Shown in pieces: positions 30,305-42,300 of a DNA stretch of 64,000 nt. The position numbers were made by a program, and so were the translations under genes. The first letter of the stretch is position 1. Every line of letters starts with the position of its first letter. This stretch comes from Lepidodermella squamata (taxonomy: Eukaryota > Animalia > Gastrotricha), in assembly GCA_047495785.1 (NCBI GenBank), contig JBLDXI010000019.1:1860001-1924000 (forward strand), given 5' to 3'. The notes beneath the pieces are model-generated. The model was not told the origin of the DNA, ran no database searches, and saw only the letters and a program-made list of their open reading frames with translations.

Positions 30305-32713
30305 TCAAGTTTGGATGGTGCTTGGCCGTTTTGAAGTTGTTAGAAGATTATGAAGTTGTACAGAACTTAATCGACGCTGCACTACTGTTTCTCTGAGCAT
30401 CGGCCATGCTACCAACACAAGCGTTAGTTGCGTTGAAATCAGAATCGCAAGGCTCGCGGCTATCTCGCCATAAATCTCGTTTCTCAGAGCAATCACTGCT
30501 AGAAAAGTCCCGCCGGCCAGCGACAAGTTGTTGATCTCCGCTAAGCAAGCTCTCCGGTTTATGAAATCAATGAACGACGACTTGTTGAAGTGATGCCGCC
30601 AAGTTACGACTAAAAGCATGAGCTGCCAAGCAATCTGGGAAACAGACAGGGATATCAGCCAATCTTGGTCTCCAGAGCAAGCAGTCAGCTGATATTCACG
30701 GACGACATCCGCATTGGGTTCATATAGCCTCTTTGTAGTTCGGGTGGCAATTTGTATTGAAGACGAACTTGTGCTCAATGTAACAATAATTGACAATAGA
30801 ATCAAGGCTCCAAATGCGCCTGAAATGTACCAGATTCGACGTCTGTGGTGCCCTGGCTTGGGGTAGTCTTTGATAGTCACCTTGACAATGTGATGTACTT
30901 GTCTTGACTTCCTTCTAGCCATCTCACTCGGCGCGATGTAAGACCCTGGATTAGATGAATCCTTTTCAGGCCTGACTTCATTGTCCTGTTTAGCTGCAAG
31001 AACTGAAAAGCTAGCATTAACCAGGCAAAACCCGATGTTTGCCACTAAAATTCTTGCAATGCACAGCGCCGATGAGTGTAAAGGGAATGTTCCTGAAGCG
31101 ACGACAACAGCAGTCAAATTTGTCAGAATACATCCAAAAATTAGTATGCTCAGGGTATAAATTAGGTACGTTGTGTCTCTATTCCTCCTACCCCTATGAT
31201 ACGAGTGGACTAACAGCGCAATTTGACCTGAAGTTGAAATCGCAGCAACGCAGTAAACGAAAACTGACACTCCGAAAGGAAATCGATCGATCTGGAGTAG
31301 GAAGATTGCCGCGTCTCTTGGCGGCTTGCCATCGCTTAGGTCCCAGCTCTGTTTGGACAATTCGACATACCGATAGCTCGCCATATTATTGATATCAGCC
31401 CCTTGCTCATGCAAAATAGCATACATTTGACGATAGCCATATGAGGATGACCATTGTAAGATTGCCTGAGGTTCGTCATCGAATTCAAGCCTTTTCGAGT
31501 AACGATTTCGACCAACGCGAAGTGTTACTAGGTCCGTCAAAGCGAGGCTCGAATTCACTATTGATATCACCCTTTTCGGATTGGTCTTAACATCCTTCAA
31601 AGTCATGTTCAGAGTTGCGAGATGCTTTTCAGCTCTATCAAGGGCCATGATAGCTTGCAACATGTTATCGCTACATTTATGCCGTTCAGAATAATCAGGC
31701 GTCCGTGTTTTGTTGATTCTTGCATCGAGCATTTGGTCGAATTTCGGCAGGTCGTAGCCAAGAATAGTCTCCCCGTTGTTCAATACCGTTTCACTGATAG
31801 CTCCGATCCAATAGGTCGATTCCATTTGTTGAATGAGGATTTTCTTAGTGCAACGATCGCTTATCTTTTCGGGGAAGAATGTTGGTGTAGAGAATACGTT
31901 TGACTGGGCCAGAAAGATGTAACGATTGCCGGTTATTCCGAGATGGTAAGCCTCGCAGAAGAATTGGTTTAGCAGCCCTTGCATGCCAATATCGACGACA
32001 ATTATCCTGGCATCGCTGTCTTTCAACGGCTGAATCCGAGCAGCTGTCATAGCGTTGACAATATCAAAGTACACGACTTCAATTCCGAGTTTTGAAGCCA
32101 AACTCTGAGTCATCGCGGCTAGGGTGTAGTCCATGGCGCTATCTGCACCCGTGAATATCGCAATTTCCTTCCAGCCTCCGATTTTCTGAATGAAAATCAT
32201 GCGGGAATACACAGCGATCTCTCCGCTCGCTGTTGATCGGTAAAAATTCGGGTAGATATCCCGTCTTGCTGTGAAAATCGGCGCTAGGCACCCTGTACCA
32301 ACCGCTGCCATATCGAATTGATGAACCATCGATGCCACGCGTTTACAGCCATCGGTTATCCGAGGTCCGACCATGATTGGCGATTTCGTGGCGACTTCAA
32401 CCGGGTTTTCCTCGAAATATCGATTGAATTCAACGAGATTTCGCGATGTTCGCGCGCTCTGAGGTGTTTCGTCGCGGTAAGCAGCTTTGATTGCGTAATT
32501 CGGCAAGATGTCAGATCGATTATTAGTCAGATCAATGACAAGTTCCATCGAAGCTTGGCAGATTTTCGAGTCTCTTGGTTCAGCACCCGTGAAACTGGCG
32601 ATTACCAACAAGGATAGGGCGTTGGGTTTGTCACTACCAACTCCATTTATCAGTAGCATGAGAGCTACAAAGAATTCTAAAACTTTCATTCTATGAAATA
32701 CAAAATTAGACAT
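30305..32713 (-). CDS. Intronless class C GPCR, GABA-B-receptor-like, divergent
   Basis: 802-aa ORF with a signal peptide and motifs NNRSDILPNY, YPNFYRS, GWKEIAI, LKDSDARIIV, FCEAYHLGITGNRYIFL, W..GKPPRD, then TM segments. Confidence 0.85.
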   Translation of the reverse strand: MSNFVFHRMKVLEFFVALMLLINGVGSDKPNALSLLVIASFTGAEPRDSKICQASMELVIDLTNNRSDILPNYAIKAAYRDETPQSARTSRNLVEFNRYFEENPVEVATKSPIMVGPRITDGCKRVASMVHQFDMAAVGTGCLAPIFTARRDIYPNFYRSTASGEIAVYSRMIFIQKIGGWKEIAIFTGADSAMDYTLAAMTQSLASKLGIEVVYFDIVNAMTAARIQPLKDSDARIIVVDIGMQGLLNQFFCEAYHLGITGNRYIFLAQSNVFSTPTFFPEKISDRCTKKILIQQMESTYWIGAISETVLNNGETILGYDLPKFDQMLDARINKTRTPDYSERHKCSDNMLQAIMALDRAEKHLATLNMTLKDVKTNPKRVISIVNSSLALTDLVTLRVGRNRYSKRLEFDDEPQAILQWSSSYGYRQMYAILHEQGADINNMASYRYVELSKQSWDLSDGKPPRDAAIFLLQIDRFPFGVSVFVYCVAAISTSGQIALLVHSYHRGRRNRDTTYLIYTLSILIFGCILTNLTAVVVASGTFPLHSSALCIARILVANIGFCLVNASFSVLAAKQDNEVRPEKDSSNPGSYIAPSEMARRKSRQVHHIVKVTIKDYPKPGHHRRRIWYISGAFGALILLSIIVTLSTSSSSIQIATRTTKRLYEPNADVVREYQLTACSGDQDWLISLSVSQIAWQLMLLVVTWRHHFNKSSFIDFINRRACLAEINNLSLAGGTFLAVIALRNEIYGEIAASLAILISTQLTLVLVAWPMLRETVVQRRLSSVQLHNLLTTSKRPSTIQT

Positions 32714-32815
32714 AGCTGGCGACTGTTCATCACGTCATTACGAAGGCTAGCTAGCAGGTTTCTTTTCGAGGAAATAGGTGTGTCGCGATTAGCTTATACT
32801 TGGGCCTACCATCAC

Positions 32816-33370
32816 ATGTCGAATTTCGGAAGCCGGAAACAAGAAGTTTTAGAGGATGTTGTCACCCATAATCTTCTCACATGTTCCGGAGAAGATAACA
32901 CCTCTTTGATGGGGGAATACACATGCGAGGTTAAATACAGTTTTGAGCAGTTTGAAAGATACGCCGACTCTATGGATCATTCAATTTGATTCCAAATCTT
33001 GGGACTAGCATCGCAAATCAAATTGAATACGATAAGAAGGCTGATACATACTGGGAGAGTCATACGATTTCATATAGCTTCAAGGAAGAAGAAATGTTGG
33101 ACAAATTTGTTTATATGATTCCTCTGAATGTTTCCTCAGACATCAGTGGCTTTTTCATTATGCCTGAGAGCATGTGCGGGAATTATTTTATACACAAGAC
33201 ATCGCCTGATTTTTTTTCGGATGAATTCAAAGCTTCGATGATGTCGTCATTGAGTTTTCAAGGTTCACATGTTTTTTTTGTTTATTAATTTAATTTCTTA
33301 AAGTGGGATGTGCTAACTTCGGACACATCGGCGGAGCTCTAACTCTGGACAAATTTCGAGCCCGTTGATC
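32816..33370 (+). other. Possible small unknown gene or pseudogene (two ORFs offset by a frameshift near 32986)
   Basis: Protein-like ORFs 32693-32989 and 32986-33288 abut in different frames; no recognised domain. Confidence 0.2.
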
Positions 33371-34342
33371 CTCTAAACCTCCCATGCTATTTTTACGCAC
33401 ACGCTGCGCGCCAATTTTGCCAGATAATTCCGAAAATTGCAGCGACGGTGATCAATAGAGTACAAAGTTACACAAAACCAGTTATAGTCGCATGATCATC
33501 AAAGCGCATTAGTAATTCGTAAGCTAGGTTTATGTGGTATAAAATGTTTTGTGCTAGAGCGCGCCACTTGCTTAAAAAAACTTTCCTTCGTCCATTTTTT
33601 GTCAATTTGTGTTGATTATGGTCGATATATCACATTTCCTTTCATTATTAACTGCGTTCTGGGTCCTGGCCGATTAATTTCATAAAAAGCGCCTATTTCG
33701 GTTGCATTATTCGTGCGAAATTCGAACTCTAAGCGAGTCGCGAGGAACAGCGCCACAGGAACAAGCGGCATTTGGCTTTGCGACGTTCTCGACGTTCGAG
33801 TTGTTGGTCTCGACAGTTTCCGAGAGGGAATAGCCGATCGCTGGTGAGAATAATCTTCTTCAATCTTGACTTCAGGATCGCAGACATTAGCATACTGAAG
33901 CAAGTTTAACAGATGCTATTTTGACCGAGAGTCCGAATTTAGATTAAGCCCCGACCTTCAAGCGGCCGTTTGTGGTGTATTATAACCTGCTTACTCCTTA
34001 TTCAATAATTTTTTAAATCAATAAAACATGAATTATTAATAATTCAAAGACTGCCCAGGTGCCGTATTTATTTGATAGTACTCATGCGTATAGATGCCGC
34101 CGCCCAAGCATAATCGATTTTTTTACGTTTTTTTTCTACCTCACGTATGATTCAACGAAACGGCACAAAGCACACATGGGTACCCGCATTTCAAGCCGCC
34201 CAAGTATTACGCATATAGGAAAAATATATTGAGTTGTTATCATAAAACATGGCTGAGTAAAAGCTTTGAAAGCTGACGGGTAACAAAGGTAAAGATAATT
34301 ATTTGCTGTTCAATATGTTTCCTTAATCTATTCAGCAATTAG

Positions 34343-35656
34343 ATGGAGATTTTCAGTTACGAAAATCAGTCAACAAAACGGCAAATAACCTTCGATCTCG
34401 CTGTTGCTTTCACAGTTCGAGCCAGTTTCATTTTCGGCACATTAATCTGCTGTTTACGCGGCCACATTTTCTTAGATTACACGATTAACAAAGCGTTCAA
34501 TTTAACAAAACTGCTCGATGCTAAAAATAAGGCAATTCTACGCCGGTCTAATTCGTCAACCGTAATTTTACCCGAAGATTGTGATCACCCTTTCTCATGG
34601 TCTGAATGGAACTGGTGCAACTTCGCCTATGTCCTACTGGTCGTGATAGGCCAAGCTATCTACCTCATCCAAAAATACCGGTCTGCTAAATTCAACGCTA
34701 CTGACAATGTGGGAATCACTGAGAACTCGAATGAATCGAATCGAAATTTACGTGATTTTACGAAATCGATTCGCCAATCTGAGGCAGTCCTATCAGCTTA
34801 CATTTCAATGCAAGCGCTATCAATTTTATCTTTCGAAAGCGATGATGCAATGTTGAGATGTCTAGCTAATGCTGTTGGGAACATGAGTTTAATCGAAGAT
34901 AAGTTGTCCATTTCTGGGTCAATTTTGCCACCCCATCTCCACCACTACGGACTTCAGTTGTTCAACTGGTCGAAATTGGCTGAAATTTTCGCGATTTTTA
35001 TAGTGATTTTCAACCAATGGATAGCTGAACAACACAGCCGGGCGGCGATTTATGGCTTCATAGCTATGGGTAGTGATATTTTCGATTTGTTGAATACACT
35101 TTCTATGGCTGATGCAGGTCGGAGTACGAAAAATGCGATTGTTCTCGGCCTGATTTTCGCCATTTTGCTGGACGCCTTAAAAACTGCTGCTGATTGTTAT
35201 CAAGCTTTTGTAACGAATTCTAGTCGATTCGATTTTTTGAGCAGCCGTGAATGGCTGAGGAGTGTCCTCAAAACTGGCATGGCTATTTCAACCGATTTTT
35301 GCTGTTTGATTATCCGCCTGGTTTTGATTACTCAAAGCGACTACGACGGGCCGAATGTCTACTATTTTCTGATGAAGAATTGCTTCTGTATATCGATGGA
35401 AATATGCAATCAGCTCTTTTCATTAGGGCCGGCTGATAATAGCAGAAAAATGGCTTATTCGCCGCCGATTTCAAGTTCGAATAGTACGAATGGGACTGCG
35501 CCGGAGGCAACAGCTGTTGTTGATCCGCCGGGTATTATTCGGAGGCGACGGTTATCTGACTCGCCGGTGATATTTTCCAGGCATGTTCATTTCGATCCGA
35601 ACATACCTGATGTAGCATCTCCTGTTAATCAAGAGACTGAGACTAGTTACGCTTGA
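34343..35656 (+). CDS. Intronless multi-pass membrane protein, TMEM26/TMEM121(CECR6)-like
   Basis: 437-aa ORF with multiple TM segments; GSDIFDLL and D..CLIIRL...YYFLMKN resemble this family's conserved motifs. Confidence 0.6.
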   Translation: MEIFSYENQSTKRQITFDLAVAFTVRASFIFGTLICCLRGHIFLDYTINKAFNLTKLLDAKNKAILRRSNSSTVILPEDCDHPFSWSEWNWCNFAYVLLVVIGQAIYLIQKYRSAKFNATDNVGITENSNESNRNLRDFTKSIRQSEAVLSAYISMQALSILSFESDDAMLRCLANAVGNMSLIEDKLSISGSILPPHLHHYGLQLFNWSKLAEIFAIFIVIFNQWIAEQHSRAAIYGFIAMGSDIFDLLNTLSMADAGRSTKNAIVLGLIFAILLDALKTAADCYQAFVTNSSRFDFLSSREWLRSVLKTGMAISTDFCCLIIRLVLITQSDYDGPNVYYFLMKNCFCISMEICNQLFSLGPADNSRKMAYSPPISSSNSTNGTAPEATAVVDPPGIIRRRRLSDSPVIFSRHVHFDPNIPDVASPVNQETETSYA

Positions 35657-36066
35657 TTGTGATATAATATTTCTGCTTTGAATTATTAATTTTTTGTAAT
35701 TTTCTTGATACGATCCAATATCATTAATAAACTCGGAAATTAGTTAAAATCTCAAGCTCTACTCGGCAGTTAAACTGTTGGGACAATGTAGAGTTGGCCA
35801 GAAAGCTTAGTAGCTTCGACTTCAAGCACCTATTAGATTCCCGCAAAAGACTTCAAAGTCCAAAAGGTGGCATTTGAAATTGAAAGCTGCCATCGAGAGG
35901 AAAGGTTCTAGAATTCCGAAAGATAATGGTAGCGCCCAAAATTTCGAGACCTGAAATCGATCGTTAATGCAAATCGAACTGAAGATCACTTCTCAAATTC
36001 GAGATAATGGAGGTTGTAGCATTGGTGACAAGGAATGCTTCTGCCAACACACCTTTCGCTTCAAAA

Positions 36067-36100
36067 TACCGTAACGTATATAGGGTAAATTTGGACGAAA
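36067..36100. mobile_element. Isolated MITE terminus related to the 14470 element
   Basis: TACCGTAACGT...GGGTAAATTTGGAC resembles the left end and subterminal motif of the 14470 element; partner TIR not found. Confidence 0.35.
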
Positions 36101-36700
36101 CCTAGGTTTTCACAGGTGAAAAACAACCATCCCTCAAGCCAAACTTGGGCAAGATGTTTCCCATAGTGGTTCCTAATTTCCCTGCAAATGTTCTGACAAT
36201 TTAGCATTTTACCGTAGGTTTTGCTACCAGATTCACAACGGGCATGGCGTGATATGCATAAAAACAACGTCATGAGTAATCCGCTTCAAAATTACGAAAA
36301 TTAGATTTATGGGTCACCTGGGTTATAAAAGTTGGGTCCTGTGTCCTCCCGGCATGGGTCTCTTCGGGACCTGGGTCGATTTTTTTGACCCATTCTCATC
36401 TCTGGTATGGCTAACCTAGGACAATTAGTCGGAATTTCTGGACATCTATTTTCACTCCAATCACCTAGATTGTCATCAAAGGAAAGCTGATCGGCCGAGG
36501 ATTTCATAAAAAACCGCATGTTTCTAACATTCAACCCTGAAAAAGTGATCTTGTTATCTTAACAGAACATTGCGATAACACTTCACAGTTTTTCACTGTC
36601 TCTATTTATTTTATCAGATTATATTGTGGTGCACAAGTGTCAAAGATAACATTAACAAGGGATATAACTCAAATATTAGTATCAAAGCAGTCTCCGAAAA

Positions 36701-39077
36701 ATGACCCTCTGTTGGAAATCAGAACCTGCGAAGTTCCTGATAAATTTGCTGATGGTTCTCGTCGTGGAAGGTGGCTTGAATCCTTCAAGGTATGGACCAA
36801 GTGCACTCTACATCCGGGCTATGTCACCACTAAGTGAAAGATTCACCAATCCTCCAAGCCTTAAACGTCCAGATATCAACATGAGAAGTGTTTTCGAAAC
36901 AGCTTTCAGCGAAGATTTGAAAATCCCAATGAATCAACAAGATTGCTTTCGAGATATGCTCATAATCCAAAATGCGAGCAGTTACGGCGAAAACTGGGCT
37001 CTTCAGTGTTAATTCTATTACATTTGAAATTCCTTCTTTGAAGTTTGAATCTTTTAACCAGATTTGGACTCAATGGCTGCAAAACCCAGCGGCATACAGC
37101 TAGGCAATCACATGTGGTTTGGAGAGTTCGACGAATGCAAACGCATTGGTGCTGTTAAAACGAATGGAGTTACAATAACCTCACAGTATTGCGCCCTTGG
37201 TATAACGGCATTGGGGGATAATTCAACTTTTACTGGTGGCCAAATTGCACCGGTAGCCTATACGGCTCAAATGATAGGCGTGTGCGTGTCAAACACCTGT
37301 GATATCGATACTCTCATGGCTATTCTCAACCCGATTCGTAAGTAATTTATAACTTGAATTTCGAATAACATTATTTGCTTTGAACTTCAGTGGAGTCTTC
37401 TAAATTGGAAGTGAATTCTTACTACTCAAATTGTCCACAGGATTCAGTGCCTTATGACAGTCTTTCCATTTTTACTGTGTAAGGACCTATGAACCATTCT
37501 CAAAAGCCTATATCAAGGGATTCGCATATTTTGTAGATTTTTCTTCTCATTCGCGGCGTTACTTGTTTTACTCGGCCTGTTAGTTGACGTTATTCCGAAA
37601 GTCCGAAAATGGTGGCAAAACCTCGGTTCCGATGCTGACGAAGAGAGCGAACCAGTTTTACTGCCGAAAAACAAAGGAAATGGTTATGGAACGCAACAGG
37701 AAGTAGGAAAAACTGAAAGAACTGAACCAACGATCATCAAAGTGATTCTCAGCTTTTCTCCGTACTCAAACCTAAAAAAGCTATTTACTATACCTAAGCA
37801 AGATTCCAGTGAGATGACTCCAAATTTCAATGCAGCTAATGCAATCCGTGTGCTCAGTTTGCTCTGGGTAGTGTTAGGCCATAGTTACATCTATCTAACT
37901 TCAATCACTGACAACAGCGCCGAAATTTACCTTACCAAAGTCCCCGATGTATCCGCAATATTCATCCCAGCAGGATATTCTGCTGTAGATTCTTTCCTCT
38001 TTCTATCTGGATTCTTCGCAGTTTGGTCTTTGTCCAAATTACTCCCCAGCAACCTTAAAGGAATACAATTTTGGAAGAAACTTTTGCTAATCTACCTTAA
38101 TCGTTACATACGACTCACCGCGCCATATTTGGCTTTGATTTTATTTGCATTGGGAATTTGGGGCCGCCTGTCGAATGGCCCTGTTTGGTTCCAAGGTGTC
38201 GATGACAACTGCGCGGCTAATTGGTGGACCAATTTGATCTACCTTAATAATATTATAAATGTAAGAGAAGGTTGCTTATCCTGGACTTGGTATCTAGCCG
38301 CTGATATGCAGTTTTTCATAGTAACCCCCTTTGTAGTCTACCTCTTCAATTTTCGCGCTAAATTCGGATGGTTTGCCTGTTTCTTTCTGTTAGGTGTTGA
38401 GGTGGTTTGTTCGATAGCTTTGACTTTAGCTTACAATTTGCCGATAGTCCCTTTCCCGCCATTCACAAGACCTGATATTGCGAAGGAGAGGAATTATAAT
38501 GCTTATTCTACTGTGTATTACACGAAACCCTAAGTACACTAGGTTAGCACCATATGTTATTGGAATGATGATCGCCTTTCTAGTTCTAGAGCACTCGAAT
38601 TATTTGAAACGGAAACTCTTTAGGAACGTTAAATTGTGTTCAGCTCTATGGATTCTTAGTGCGATTACATTCCTATCGCTTGTTTATGCACCTTATGGCG
38701 TTGTAGCTGGACTCTATGTCGACCCTCCATTTTTGGACGTATTTTACAACGCTTTCGCTAGAATCTTTTGGGGGTTAGCTCTAGGCTGGCTATTCCTAGC
38801 TTGCATTTATAATGGAGCAGGTTTTGTTGGCGATATTCTCTCATGGAATGGATGGGCGATTCCGGCCCGATTGTCCTACGCCACCTACTTGGTTCATTGT
38901 CTGGTGATAGTATTCTACGCCCAAACAAGTAGGCGACCGTTTCATTCAACCGATGTCACTCAAGCCTATATCTACTGTTCCGTTGTGATGATCTCCAGTT
39001 TGGTTGCTGTTGTTTTGTCGGTAGCTTTCGAGTCACCTGTCATCAGCTTGCAAAAAATGTTTCTGAAAGGCGAATAA
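36701..39077 (+). pseudogene. NRF-6-like (NRF domain + acyltransferase-3) gene A, frameshifted by a 4-bp insertion at ~38533
   Basis: DS.AAKPSG...WFGEFDEC; IRVLSLLWVVLGH; AVDSFLFLSGF; RYIRLT; WTWYLAADMQ; RLSYATYLVH; FESP. The conserved YYxKPYxRL is broken (CCC TAAG TAC ACT AGG). Confidence 0.8.
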
Positions 39078-39381
39078 TTCTCGCCGAATCGTTGGTAAAG
39101 AGGGATATTTATTTTATTTCAAAAAAAAGAAAATATATCAGTTAACAGTTAATGATAAACTGCCCTACATGCAAATAGTAAAATTATGTCCACCTTACAT
39201 GATAAAAATTGTGGAACATTTTTGCATCGTCAACAATGATTTCTAGAAATTGAATTATGCAAAATGCGGCCTTACATCATGTTCAACATGATTCCCATGG
39301 AAAAGCGAAGTAAAATATGTAATTCTTCTACTCTAGGGGATTCAGTTTGCTGATAAGTATATCCAGGTTCCAAGTTTGCTT

Positions 39382-42300
39382 TCAGTAAACCATAAAGCGA
39401 GTGAATTGCATTTGGCCGCTGCCGTCTTTTTCCACGCTGGCGTAGCGTCCAAGCAACGGAGGCGTACAGTGCCCAATGATTGATTGCCCTGGAACTATGT
39501 TCGGTGCCTTCAAACCATCAGTCCAAACGTCACAAATATCGTTTTGAGCGATTGCAGGTCCAGGAGTGTTGCCGACGCGGAATGTTAATCGCATAGTCAT
39601 CGGCATAGTGTTCGCAGGCCAGCTGCCACTGGATGTGGTGACAATGACAATTTTGGACACTGAAATAGCTCTGCCAAGATCAACTTGTAGCCAGCCGGAA
39701 GTAAGCGTTACCGTGGCTGTTGCCGACCCAGGAGTGGTCATAGCCAGCAAATTTGCCGCTGTCATAGCCGAGTTGTTAGTTGTAACCGTTTTGTATTCAG
39801 CAAAATCAGTCGCATTGTCGCTGTACGCTGCAACCTGGCAAATTTCCATCGAACTGTCGATCGTGGAAGGTACTATCGTCAAATAACGCCCCGTGACCGG
39901 TTTTATACAAGGGATCGAGTAGCGCACGTTGTATGGCATCGTTATCCGATTTGTAGGATGCCCGCAAGCCTGTTGCGAGTCGGCTGCAGCTGCACTTGCG
40001 GGTGGGGTGGTCCCGACTCGAATAGAGATAGATTCGCTGGCTAAGGTGTAGTCGCTGTAAAGACAGCTTCTCAAGCCGAATCTTGCAATGGGCGCTGTAA
40101 CAAATTCATCCACATAGATCCTAAGAGCTGTAGCCAATATTGGCGGCTTCAAGTAACTAGTCATAGGATTCGGATTGATGGCGGCATTAGGACCGTCGAA
40201 AATTCGCAGGCGAGATCCGTTATTTGGATAGGTGTAAGGCGTCCAAATATTCCCGTCCAGAGAGGTCAGTACGTGATATTTTGTTATCCACGCAGTTTTG
40301 CTTGTTCCACACTGAACAAGAATGGCCGTGATTATTCTCAAAGTGGTGAACTTTATGTCATAGAACGGCTCGCTGTCTGTACTAGAAGGTATCCAATCAT
40401 AATTGCTGTATACCTCTGGTCTCGCGGCTGAAAGATTCAAAGTTTGAATTAATAAGTAGAATTAATAGTAGCAGCTTTATGACGTGAGATATATTGGCCG
40501 GAAAAGTCACCCGGTTGCCGATTATTTACACACATAATGATTTCCTCTACAGAATTTTCAACCTTGGCACCTGGGCTGAAATCTCCATTATTCCGCTTTC
40601 TATTGCAGTGGTTTTTGACGAACATTTTCCGCGACCTCATATTTTCATTTCAATTGAAGTCGCGACCCACCGCTTTTCAGGTATTAAGCTTTTGGAGAAT
40701 AAGTAATTATGAAAAGGTCCGAATAATTTTGCCGCGCCCGCTGAAACCACAGTTGATCAATTATCAATTGCAAGCGAAGCGAGCTTTAGCTGACGGCATT
40801 TCGTTTAATTAAGACTGAGAAATACTCCAAAATTGGATTTTTACCATTATTTTTGTTAAAAATTGATGATTTTGTGCCGTGACTCTCGTGACCCCATGAC
40901 CCCAAAACATTTAGTTACCCTTTTCAAAACCATTCATTGAAGACCACTTTCAAGAATGACTGATCTATTGGCCTTAACAGCTTCGATTTGAGGCCTCGAG
41001 ATTACGGACATTGATACCTCCCAAAATCTGTCATTCCTGGGTATTCGACAATAGGTTGCACCGCGTAGCAATACTATCAAGTACGCCATTGCGCCTTATA
41101 AGTTCTCCATTTTTGTATTAATCATGAATCATGAAATCGGTGCGAGATGGGATAGAAATTGTTAGAAGTAGTTTGCAGTGCAATTCGGATAATGATTACT
41201 GCATATTCTCAAGAAGTACTTACTGGGTCCTGTGTTTGATGAGAAACCTGGCGTAAAATCATTGAGTTCGCCTTTGCAGGAAAAATCTAGTCGTAGTAAT
41301 AGGAATAATATAAGTAACAGAAATTAGAAGTAGCAGGAGCGCTAATTAACCTGGACATCCACGAACCATCACCCTCCATGCCATACCACCATAGTAAGTT
41401 ACTGGATACAACCGTATGTATCTGGCGCTCAAGTGCGGTCGAAAGAAATTCCAAACTACAGTATCTGCATCAAAGTTCGCAGTAAATGTCTGTAAATGAT
41501 AACAAGAAACTATATTTCCCACTCGCCCATTAAAGAAAGCCAAAAACCTTCACTGTAGTCGTGCCTGGAATGGTAATCCATGCTAATCTGTTCGCAGAAC
41601 TCCAACTCATGATCTGGTAGCTCGAGATGTAATTCCCTGTTGAGTAGTCCCCTTGTGTTCCGATCGAAGACACGGTGATATATTCAGTGTAATCAAACAG
41701 CATGTATTGGTTTGCATTGTTAGTGAGAAACTGCCAACAACAAGGAATGGAGCCGACGGTGTTGGGATCACCAACCCATTTGTTGTTTAGGCGAAATTGG
41801 TTGTACGTTACATTTGCTGCAGATTTGTACAGTTGACTCTGAGTCGTCGAGAATACATTGCTTTTCGTAGTTAGATCAGTTTCGCAAACATGACCTTGAA
41901 CTACAAAAACTTATTTTGAACAAATTTTATTGGGTATCGGGAATACTCACGCATTGTGGGACTCGGACATTGAGTTGAGACATCAGCAGCCAAGTATTGA
42001 TTCAAGTATCCCTGAAAAACTGACAAGCAAGCGTAGTCCCCATTGGCCCGGTAATTATAGTAGACATCTCGACCGAGAAATAACCGGGTTGTCGAAAGTG
42101 GTTTGGAATCCGGCAAAGGAACTGATACCATCAAAGAACCATCGAGGTAGTTCTCGTATTTCATGGCTCCTGGTGTCAAATCGAAAGTCACCAAATGATG
42201 CTGCCAAGTTGTGTAGGGCGAAGAAATATTCACTGCATTAGGCCTATACCAAGTTCCCGTACCGCCAACAGACATGCAAGCTTCGTACTTGATCGTATTG

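Noticed and set aside
38531-38533. Stop-codon readthrough or selenocysteine in NRF-6 A
   Set aside because: The codon is TAA and the downstream homology is in another frame, so it is a 4-bp insertion.
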